48,986 bases of DNA from Hyphochytrium catenoides (taxonomy: Eukaryota; Protista; Hyphochytriomycota): assembly GCA_900088475.1 (NCBI GenBank), contig FLMG01003600.1, forward strand, positions 1 to 48,986, in the 5' to 3' direction. Under the pieces are notes generated by a model. The model did no database searches and had not been told where the DNA came from. It saw nothing but the letters and a program-made list of their open reading frames with translations. Positions 26,435 to 37,900 of this stretch are shown here, piece after piece. A program made the translations under genes and the position numbers. The number at the start of each line of letters is the position of its first letter. The stretch's first letter is position 1.

Positions 26435-26839
26435 CTCTCAATCACTTTCCTGTCTTTCCGTGGCTTGCCCTTTCTACCGGTAGTTCCGTCTTCCCCTCAG
26501 GGTTCCCGGAAGCCCTATCAGGAGCTACTCTATCTCATTGCATTCTCACCGTGCAGCTGCTTGGTAGTGATTCGTTCATCCTGCGTTACTGAACCTCCTC
26601 CGAATGTTGGGCCGTAAGTTGCTGATGAGATGCTCACAGGCCAGATACTCACTGACTAGATGCTCGCTTGGCAAGCTTATTCTGCAGCCTTAAGCAGCAA
26701 AGTGGAGGCAGGAATGTGAGAGATGAAGCTGCCCAGTGCGCAGAAGACAGTGGGCTGGTCGGTCAGCAAGGTGGATAAGTGCTATGAGAAGACGTGTGCA
26801 AGATGAAGAAGAGACTTTGAGCATGATCAGAGCAAAGAG

Positions 26840-26995
26840 TTAGGGGGAAGGGAGAGAGAGAGACAGAGAGAGCGAGAGAGAGAGGGAAGGGGAGTGTGAG
26901 AGAGAGAGNNNNNNNNNNNNNNNNNNNNNNNNNNNNNNNNNNAGAGAGAGAGAGAGAGGAGAGAGAGAGAGAAGGAGAGAGAGGGAGAGAGCCAG
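26840..26995. repeat. (GA)n microsatellite spanning an assembly gap (26909-26942)
   Basis: Visible gagaga runs on both sides of the N run. Confidence 0.95.
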
Positions 26996-27366
26996 AATGC
27001 GAGGAAAGCGGGACAAACATTTCAGAAGGAAACAGGGTTGACCACACAACATATTCCTAACGTAGCCTTAGCTCATTGAGGATAACGCATCCTCAGAATC
27101 AATTATACGTAATAAAAGCTGGGCTGGTCAGACAGGTGTTGAAGGATCTGACAGCACTTTTCTGATTCGCATCATCTTTTTCTCTGTGAACATCTTCGAG
27201 CTTGAGCTTGGCAGGCAGATGAGGCAGCAAACTACGATGCCGCTTAGCTCTCTCTTCACAGCTGCAGTGCCCTGATGACTGTTCTCTCACATGAGGCAAT
27301 ATTCAACCTATTGCTGTTGAGGTGTCCCTTATAGCCGCTCTGTCCCTTTTGGGAAATGTGTTTCCC

Positions 27367-30300
27367 TCACGTGCTCCAAGGGCCACTGCTTTGAGAACGC
27401 ATCCAGCCCAGCTCTTCGTATTCTTTCTCATGGTCATTGCCAGCAACATCCAGAAGGGTCTGGAGAAGGAATTCGTTGTGACCCACTTCGTCCCAATCGA
27501 TCTCCATCTCTCCCCCTGAGGTAGGGCTGAAAAACCTAGTTCCTTTGCTTTTCAAGTGCGCTACACCACTCTCGTTGGTCTCGGACTGCCTCACCAGCAT
27601 GTAGAGGTCCACTACGATAGCCACAAAGAGATTGCTGATGATCAGATACACGACGAAGCAAACAGCGTAGAAGAAGATCCTCGTCCAGCTTGCCCCATAG
27701 AGCAGGACAAAGCAGTCCGCCACATCTGTAATGTACCCTAGCATTGAGAGTTCGAAAACTGTAACCATCGAAGAAGGAAAATCATTAAAGTTGTTTGCCT
27801 GCAAATTGCTGCTGACATAGCCGAGGTCAGATGAGAGAAGAGGATTCCCTTCGTAGACCAGTCCTCCAAAGAGCTGCATTCCCATCGTTGAGAACAGAGA
27901 CGTTGCAAGAAAGAGAAGTGCTAGGAGAGGAATGCAGGCCGGGATAATGGATATCAGGGCCTGATAGATGCGATTGAACTCTGGAATGTAGCCAAGGATG
28001 AGCACCACGGGGAGGATTCTCAGAATGTTGAAATAGCGCACAAAGTCTGGATCCAAAGGCTTGGTAGGCTGAAGGAGGATGAGGTTCAACAGCAGTACCA
28101 CGCATGACATAGTGAAGTCAAACCTAAAAGGCAAACGAGCAGGGCGGTCACGACCAAACGAGTCCACGCAGGAAAAAGATAGAAACGACAGACAAACGAT
28201 TAGCCATTCGTCGTACAAAGAGATATTGGCATTAGAAGAAGGACGCGTGCGGCCCCAATGCTATAAGATTGAAGGCATCCAACCATAACCAGTATATATA
28301 TTGCTCCGCAGAAGAGAGAAGCCCGCCCATAAGAAGAGTAACCCCTATACAAAGTAAGGCATGATACGCAGGTGGTAGTTACGACCCAGAACCCTTGACC
28401 AGAGGCACTGGAGGAATATAGAGTACCTATAAGATAGGTAGAAGCCTTCCGGAAAGTAAGGGCCATGTGACCTACCTGTTCCTGGTCTTTCCCCAGTACT
28501 GGCTCCATGGCTGCACGGAGCACTGCAACAGTTCCACCGCCATGTAGAAACATGAGAAAGAGAGCTGGATGCCTAAGAACCAGTGCTCTTCCACCTCATT
28601 CAACTGATCCTTCATGTCCAAGTCCGATTCCCAGAAGACTATCGCAGCGTTCACAGCCATTGCTGTGTCCTAGCAAAAGTGTAAGATAACCGGCCCCGGA
28701 TATAGACAAGGGGACGATGAGTAAGAGAACCGGTCATCTAGATAGACCAAACGCCAGCAGAGAAGAGTGGAGAGCAAGGGGCGCGCACCACAAAGATATC
28801 GAACATGGTCCCCGTGGCCACAGCCTTGATGGTAGAGTAGATCCGATTCCTCTCTATTCCAGGGTAGGCTTGCTCAAGCCATGTCTTTGTCTGCACTCTA
28901 CGAAACCTTCAACAGCGAGAGATCAGGAAGCTGGATGCGTAATAAGACGCATACTCTAAAAAGTTCCATCTTGGGACTTAGGGTTTCAAGAAAGAAGGTC
29001 GAGTAAGGAAGAGGTCCACCAGATGACAGCGGGTCGATGAGTGAGGAATAGATGCATTCAGATGGGATACCTCAGATGGAGCACTTGAATAATATGCATA
29101 AACTCCGATTCATCAACCCTGGCGTCATTGTTCTTATCTAGAGCCTTAAAGGTCATCAGTGCCTTATTTATTCTGAGACCCCAGAACCGACGGTTCTTTG
29201 CCAGCTCCACTAGTAAGTCCTTACAGTTACGTGTTGTTAGGTAGCTGCGAGATGGTCCTGAGAGCATGCACAGAGATGGGAGAAAGAACAAGATGAGAAG
29301 TGCTGTGGGCAAAAAGAGCTAAAGATAGATACAATCGGTATGCGAGACATGGGCCAAGAAAGGAACATAGGAAGACACGGCATGGGATCAATCAGGGTCC
29401 GATACACATTGAGTGGTTGCTGTAAAGTCTACCAGTTAGAAGGTTGAAGGCGGCCCTTAGCCCTCTCCTCCTGAGTCTCATCTTCTCCTCCAAATCCTTT
29501 TTCATGAACTGAATGTGCTCGTGGTAGACGACTCCAAGCATCAAATTCACGAACACGAATGCGGTGATGACAATGTAAATGAGGAAGTAGAGAAAGATCC
29601 AACGATTCTTGGCATAGAGAGGGAGCATATTGTACGGCCAGTTGGCCATGATCCAGGTATCGAAAAGAGAAGCCATGCTCGCGCCATAGGAGCTGAAGAT
29701 GCCTGGTAGGAGAGACTCTGTTATGAGGACTTATACTAACTGCCAAGCTGAGAAGGAGGCCACCGAAGGACCCAAAATGAGAAAGGAAACTCACCGTCTG
29801 CTTCAGGTCTGCTATGGAATAGTAAGGTCCCAATCCAACCCCAGAAGACGATGAACAAGCCAAACAGTGTAACGACATACATCAAAGCCCGTTGCATCCG
29901 CACAATACTACTGAGCGCCCCAGCAACCGATAAAAAATTGTAAACTATCAGCAGGACCTTCAGATAAGGAGAAAAACGGAACTTTGGCGTCTCGACTACT
30001 AAAGTGTACAAGATGTCAAAGAGTAGAAGCCAGGTAAGCCAGAAGCGAGTCACAAGCATTCTGTCGTGCAGAATGTTCTCTCTGGGACCCTTGCATCGAT
30101 ATCTACAATGGGAAGGATGGGGTTGTCAACAAAATGAGCTTCGATGAAGCCGACTCCGAGAGTTGAGAACCCTAAGCCTAAAACCTAACCCTCAAGAGCA
30201 GACGAGGAGTCATTGCAAATATCAAGGATAGATAAGCAAAGACACTGCAAGGTTAAATGGATTGCCACTAACCCCTAAAATAAGGGAAGCCGACAGAAGT

Positions 30301-31026
30301 CACTTAGCTAACTATGGGAGAAAGGTGGTATCTGCGGTCCTACCTTAAGTAAAAGAAGCCGAAGAGGATGGCGACGCCGATAAGGTCTAACAAGCAAACA
30401 GTCTGTCGATACATTGATGGAAGAAGGGAAATTAGGGCGTTAGGAAGAGGCGAACAGAAGTACCAGAAGGCTACGAAACGCCGCACCCGGTGGGAGATAA
30501 AGGGAACGCCGGAAAGATAGAGGTTGCTCCCGTCAGGGCTCTTACACGTTGTACCCCTTGTCTTGCACCACAGCGGCGTCTCGAACCAGTAGAGAAGGTA
30601 CATTATGGACACAACAACCATTCTAATAGGTGTCCAGGAAGTGTACAATATGTAAGCATTGAGAGAGGAGCGTGTGCGGGGAACCCTCTCGAGAGTTATC
30701 AAGTTGCCGCGTGATACTTGATCAATGACCCAGGAGGCCAATTCCTAGGGTGGACCAGTAGGTAGTGTCAGCCCTCAATCCCGATGAATCAAGGGCCATG
30801 AACACGAGCAAAGGTTACAGAGGCATAGGGAAGGGTGCACATGACTATCGCAGGGCCGCCATCTCTTAGTACCGACCAAAGTAGAGATCCGCTCTGGGTT
30901 AGCCAATCCTCCGGACATGCTGCGGCCAACATTGAGCAGGTTTCTTCTTTCTACCTCTGTCTCCTCCTCCTCGTCCCCAGCTGCTACGGAGCGTAGCTCC
31001 CCTAGGAGTCGGGAGCTTTCTCCCAT
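27367..31026 (-). CDS. TPC1: Two-pore channel (2x6TM, EF-hand linker), divergent
   Basis: N-terminal ESSRLL dileucine signal. WFETPLWC and LYLSGVPF match the plant TPC1-like S1-S2 loop. Also RFSPYLKV (IS4), NLMLGVVY (IS6), EF-hand FKALDKNNDARVDESEF, GMQLFGGLVYEGNP, NNFNDFPSSMVTVFEL and NLFVAIVVD. Introns are GT-AG. Confidence 0.9.
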
Positions 31027-31959
31027 TTCGCGGAGGCGGTCTGAAGTCGAGGCTCATTAGGAGTGCCAGGAACAGCTGAACTGTGCAATGGGGTAACCTA
31101 CCTTTCTCAGCCATGGCTGCTAAATGGGTTTTCTCGCGCTGTTCCTTTCACCTAGCCCTAGAGAACAACAAGAAGTATCATTCAGCCAACCATCATGCCC
31201 ACAGACATAGAAGAGTTGAATGCTGGAGATCCGCTCAGAAGGGAGACGCTGTCGAACTGAAGTGAGTTGGCCTCAGTGCGGGCAGGCTCCATTGATCCAT
31301 GTAGAGGCCCTTACCTTGCGGGCATCACAGTCTGCATCACGGCCTTCCTGACCGCACCTGTCATCAGATTGGTCGTTTCCAGATCTTGCCCTAACCCACA
31401 AGCTCAATCTGGCTACCCTTAAAGAGATATGGGTAGCCAAGGCTCCCTAGCTACAATGACAGCTCTATTCTAGGGTTTCATGGGTGCACATCCAGGTTTG
31501 CACTCCACAACCAATCTTCAGAAGAAGGAACATCATCCTTGAGACTTCAACATCTGTCGGAAACAGCCAGGAAGTGCTTCAGTATCCCTTTGTATCTCCT
31601 AGTTCAATAGGCCGCGGGAGGAGACGTCGTTGTTCCGATGACTGGTTTTAGGAGCGCCGTGGTGGTGTCGCCTCCGTCATGGCTTACAGTCGCAGGCTCC
31701 GACCCCTTGCAAATGAGGGAGCAAGAGGGCCTTGGTCTGCAATGCTTAACGCAAACTTGGCCGCTGTAGGAGATCCAAAAGCAATGCAATGGGAGAATGG
31801 AAATGCTATCTGACTCCTTCAATGGTGAGAGAGATATTTGAAGCGTAATTAAATAAATGATAAGTTAGGTAATGGCACTATCAGTGCAGAGTAGTGCAGC
31901 TTGTGTGCAAGGAAAGTAAGGGCGAGACCACCCTACTTCGCTTTCACTTTGGTCTACCC

Positions 31960-34900
31960 CTACGCCTGCCTTGCGATTGTTACATCGTTAAGATAGACAA
32001 CTTCCTGTCCATAACCCGCTATGTCATAGACCCATTCATCTCCCCTGATCCATAAGCCGGTTGCTGCTTCTAACACTGTCTCCAGTCCCCTTCTGGTTAT
32101 CTTCCGGCCACTCGGCTCTTCCCTCCACCCATAGTCCTCTCGAAAGACGACTGTATACCAGGTCCAAGACGGGCTCGTAGGTCGACCAAAATAGGTTAGC
32201 GGGTAGGATAAGGTGGAGTTCTGGGAGGCAAGCTGCAGGAAGGGAGAGAGCATGTACGTTAGGCAACTTAACGTTGGGCCAGCCCCTTCAGAGCAGTGCC
32301 CAGATGGCAACTGCTCGTAACAGAGACAATTTGGGTCAAGGCAAACAGAAGAAAACAAGCGAGAAGCAAAGGACTTCCTTAGCGACTACAACGCTCCGTG
32401 AAAAACCTACCAGGATAGCGCCACGAGGGCTCCTTTCCCGCCCGTTGTGGGACGGTGATAGGAGTCTAAAGCTCAGGTAGCCTCCGTACGCGTCTTTCAG
32501 CGCACTTAACGCATCATCAGGCGCAGCAAAGTACCAAGTATTAGGGGAGAGGTCATTAGCTTGGCAAAGAGAGAGGGGTTCTAAGCCTGGTGCCCCTCTC
32601 TTGACTGCCGCGCCGGAAGGCGATAGATAGCCCAATGATCCCCCTAATGGAGACTGATCCTGCACCATTAGACTTCCAGGTAACAGGTCTGGGTCCAACA
32701 GTGTTGCCGGGACGATGCTAGGCTTGTCAAACATCCAGTGAGTCACCAGGTCTTTCTGTGGGACATTTGAAAAGCTTAAGTGACTCGGATAGATGCTTAG
32801 GATCGGCCCTCTAGTTCTATAATAAGCCTTGTTCATCCGATCAACTCTCTTCCAAATTTCAGTAAGGCCGACGGGGGACCATAGCCTTACCATGTGTAAG
32901 GATCTCTCTCTCTCTCTCTTTTTCTCTCTGTCACTCTCTCTGTGTCTCTCTCTTCATGCCCGGTTTTATTTGTACTCTTGCATGTTGTCTTTTACTTGTG
33001 ACGTTTTTCAAGGCTAGTCCAGCGTCCCGGAAAGATCCACCCCTTAGGTTTTCTCTTTGGCTCCCCGCGGTAGAATACCAGCTCTACCACTTGGGCTCTT
33101 TTAACAGTTATCCCCCCTCCCTTTCCCCCCTGGGGCCCATCTGACTCTGTTATCGTTATGTACATACCTGTGGCGGCCTGAGTGGCTGATGGAGCAGGCC
33201 TTCCACCTCATCAATGGAGATGTGTCTCGCCCAAACTTGGAAGTTCTGCATTTCTGCCAGCAAGTTAGACTGACTGTTGAGATGGCACTCCACCTGCTCT
33301 GAGAAAGAAGGTGCTAACAGGCAGTCGTCCGAATGGGCTAAGCTTCCTAGAGTAATGGCTCCGGTAGAGTCTAAAGAGAGCCCTTTACGGTATCCATGTC
33401 GCAAGAACTGTATCGTTCCGTCTAGGTAAAGAGACAGGAGGCCATCGGTGCTCCGCCAGGTAAGGGCTAAATGATGCCATCTTCCGTCTGCAATGCTGAT
33501 CCCTGTCCGCATGCCCTATTACATAGAAGAACCAAAGAAAGCCCCCGGATCAGTCGGGATCATTTGTGCTAAGTAGCATTCTTCGCAGACTGCACCTCTC
33601 TGTCTCGAATGTGGATGGAGAGATTGGAAACGTCTCTTAGACGAAGGAGAGTCCTTGTGGTGGTAGAAAAAGCGAAGATACTTCCTTCGGTCAAGCCAAC
33701 TGGGACTCGGATCCATAAGGCGATTGAAATGGCCTAAGCATGGGGATATAGAGAGAGTTGTGAGCAATCCGGTCCTCCTATTAGATTGCGGCAATCCTTC
33801 GCTGGTACCTTGAGAGGATAATTGCCCACAACTGCCGCGACAGAGCCATTGGCATCCAGAGCCAGCACATATTCAGAGATTACCGTGGGGAATACAGCCT
33901 TGCTACCACTGCATGCAGAATAACTTTAGAGGACCAGATAATTTAAAGAGATCTGTTAAGGCTCATTGATCGAAAGAACGCTGGAAAAGGGCCCTTAACT
34001 TAAGGCCCTCTGGACAGGGGAGGGCACCATGGGTAAAATTGCAAGAGAGGACAGGAGTTGCCGAGCCAATTAAAGAGCTATTACCTTGCAAGGAACTTGT
34101 CGAGCAGCCACTCGTCACAGCTAGAATTGTGCTCTGCAGCTCCATACTGCCGATCAGACGCGAACATTCCGTTGGAGTCCACGCTTGGCTGTTCTCCTTC
34201 TCCGTTTCCAACCTAAATAGAAGTTAGAAGGGTTATTGATTCCTCTAGCTAGCCAAGAAAATATGCAGAGATAAAATGAGAGCTCCAGAACGTTGAGAGG
34301 TAGGAAAGGTGGTCCCCCTGGCCTTCGATGCCATTCACAAGTGATAACATTCTGCTTTCTCTTCGTGTCAGTAAGTAGGACTACGAGCCATAGAGAGAGC
34401 GGCGACAGATACTGGAAGTACGTACCAGACTCCAACCTAAAGTTTGGAGCGGCCCTGCTCCTCCAAATACAGCCTCATAGAGTCTGACCGTACTCTCTTC
34501 CATCAGCGTGCGATATATGCGGACTGATGCTTCCGCTTGCATAACGTCAGTAGAGTCGATGGTGGCCTCTATGACCACCGTGAAATCCCGGAAGAGAAGG
34601 GAACTGTCTGGCTTGGAAACTAGCATAATAGGGATAAACCGTGACGTTTCTTCCTTTTCGAAAGTGAGCTGCGTGGGCAAAGTAAAATGTTCCCCCTCTA
34701 CAGCGGTGTTTCCTATAGCTCTGACACGAAGAGACACCCGTCCTTCAGTCCCTTGCTCTCTTAGAACCACAAGGCTGACTGAGCTTTGTAGGTCAGAGAC
34801 GGCGTAGGCAGCCTGAGAGAACCGAAAGAGGCCGTTCCTGTTGTAGTCTAGACAGATGAAAGACGTAAATAGGTGTTATAAAGATGGGATACGGCAGCAA

Positions 34901-37900
34901 CATAGCTGGGACAGGAGACTGAGCTCCCGAAATTTGAGATTAGCAAACACTAGAGCAGGACAGTCAAGCAGAGCTAAGGCAGCCTAAAGGGCGAAAGCAT
35001 CAGAGATGGAAAGTCCCAATCCTTAGATAATACGTCGCAGGACGTCAGAGATGAGGCCAAACCACGCTAGAGCACTCGTCACTGACCTCGGGCATACAAT
35101 CGAAAAGGCACATTTCGAAGGGTGCTCCAAGGTTTTATCACGGGATAGGGAGGAAAGGTGGGGTCCAGGTCCTTAGAGACGGAACCGTTCTGTTGACAAG
35201 TCGTTAGCGCGAACAGAAGAGTATGCTAACCAGGCTGAGGAACGACCAAATGGTGTGAAAAAGGTAATAATAACGCCTTCCAAGGGAGGTGGTCCATGTG
35301 TTATGAAGAAAATAACAATTGCTCTTACTCTGAGCGTGCTGTTTGAGTTCTCAAACTGACTGACTACTCGGTCGACCACTTGAACAGTCGACAGCTCAGA
35401 CAGCCGCTCTGGAGGGCGTATTGTTAACCGGGTAGTGACTTTTGGAGACTTCAAACCGGACAGGGTGATTCTAGAAGATAGAGGAGAGGGCGATTGAAGT
35501 TAACACACGGTAAAATTCCTAGGATTCCTGAGCCACAAAGACCTAGAGAGCCAAACAGCGCCGGCCTTAGCGATGTCCTCAGCTAAATCATTGAGATAGT
35601 TGGCCTCTGAAGTTATACTCTCTCTTGAGGTGATCAGCGTTAGGTCCATACTAGCCTCGTCCCCATTCTGAACCCAATAATCATCATCCGTGGCTATACT
35701 CTCAAAGGCCTGATAACGCACGCAGTCTTGTCCCGAAGGCCGGCTGAAACAATAACAAAGGCTAGCAGGTATATTGGAGAAGGGGACTTGATTAGCATGA
35801 GAAGGAAGTAATGTCATTCAAGCAGGCAATGTGAACTAGCGCGTGGTCCATCCCAATGAATAGCAGACGACAGTGGCATCGCAGCCTCATACACTAGAGT
35901 GTGCCGTAAAGGAACTGTGGCACCGAGACAAGTGGTTGGTTGGGGTCCATAGATGAAGTGAAGTCACCATGGATACATAAATCTTTTCTCGATTTCACTT
36001 ACTTTACTGCATCGATCCTCTCGTTCACCTGAAACTGGGCGGTCCGATTAGCAAGAAGAGCGACGTTGGACTTGCGCAAGGCTAGCATCAGACAGAGGCT
36101 GTCTGAACCATCATCGGTGTCAATTAGGAAGGCGCTATCGCCGTCTGTCAACCCAAAGCCATCAAAACTGACGGTAAATGGAACCTGCGACGGGAAATAG
36201 AGACCTTAGATTCAAAAGAATAAGGGTAACAGTTTTGACAGAGATGTGTAGCTGAAACGAGCCGATGAACTAGGAGACCTCGTAGGAGAGACTAGAATAG
36301 CGAGGCTTAGTAGTTGATACGATGCATTCCCAAACCTTGATTTGCTGAAAAGGCTCAAACTGCAGTCCCGTCAGTCCCTGTACTCTAAGTGTAAGATCAG
36401 GGAACAGGAAATACTGGCCTTGACTTCCAAAGGAATAGCAAAGCATGAGTCTTTCGCTAGTGAACTTTTGAGCGGCTTCTTTCTCAACCAGCAGCTCCAC
36501 ATTACTCGTTCTTTGAGATATATTTCTCGCAATGAAGGAAAGAACAGTCATTTCAGCTGACGAGGCGAAGAACTTCTCAGTACAATGAGGTGCCTCATAG
36601 CGCACCAGCCTCACTCTCTCAACAGCGCCGCTGAGCCCAAATGTCCCTGTCAAGGTGAACAATCGTCGCCGCCCTAGGACCAGATCGCGAGGCTCTAGAG
36701 CGCTGACTGTAGGCTGCAGGACCTCCAGCCGTATAGAGGAGAAGCGCACCATGGGTCTTGTCCCAAACCCATAGCATAGGGACAAAATCTGCGAAGATTG
36801 AGGAGCATCTACTCCCAAGACGGGCACGGAGAAGTTGAAGGTAGCTCGGCGCTGATGGACCTTCGAGAGTTCAATCACAGCAGGCCCTTCACAACTTTCA
36901 CCTAGGGTCCATCCGGCTCTGTCAAAATCCGTCATAAGGTTCCCCGTGAAGGTGATAGTGATTGGGATTCCAGTGAGTGCCATGGAGACATCAGCAGATG
37001 CAATATGGTAGATGGAGAAGGCGAGAGATGCGTAGAGGACGTAAGGTTCCTCTCCTCCGTGTGAGTAGCACAAAACCGCTCTTGACTTGTTGTTAGGAAG
37101 CGGGCTGAAGAGAGTAACTTCCAAAGTCTTGCCGATAATAGCATAGGAAGCGTTGGGCACCAGGAGTAAAGAGCTAGAGCTTTCTGGCTCCTGACAATAA
37201 CTGTCCGAGTCTGCTTCGGCGCTAACCCACCATAACTTGTCGTTTGGGGTGAGACTGTGTCCTCCGAGAGTAAAATTCTTCTTGCCGCCTACAATTATAC
37301 TATTCTCTGTACCTCCTTCGGGGTCTAGAGTTCGTAAAAAGAGTGCACGGGATTAGCCTAAGGCCAGAGTCAACGATGTTATGTGTTAAGAAGCAGACAT
37401 AGTTGGAAGTGGATTGCTGACGTATGAGGTTAGCCTGGGCTAGCAGAAATCCAATACCGATAGTGAAGGGAACTGACACGGCAGAGCGGACGAGCGGAGC
37501 CCTTTGTCCCACGGGTATGTCATCAAGCAGGGAACACTTACCGATCACCTGCGTGACCTGTGCCACTTTCAGCTTCAAATTCTCATACAACTTCCAGGGC
37601 TCGTTCAAAAACTTGTAACACAGCCGCAGCCCTTCATCTGCGGAATGGTCCATAAAGAAAACATGGGCGGAGCCCTGTCTACCATTTGAAGCGTCTTGGA
37701 CCGTAAATGGATCTGAGACTACATAGGAGCACAGAGTGCTGCTGTTTAGCGGGAGGACGGGAAAAGCATCTGCCTCAACCTTCTCAAACCACTGCTAACG
37801 TCTCAGCTTGTCCGAATCTATCCTAAACTATAGCGCTCATTGGGCTGCCTTCTTCTTTTACAAACCATGCTGCACAAGCTAGTTCCACCGCTAACCTTTA

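Noticed and set aside
30168-30195. Degenerate telomere-like CCCTAA repeats in a TPC intron, plus scattered AAACCCTA telo-boxes (~19293, ~28979, ~31471)
   Set aside because: Too short and degenerate; the count is near chance for a 49-kb window.
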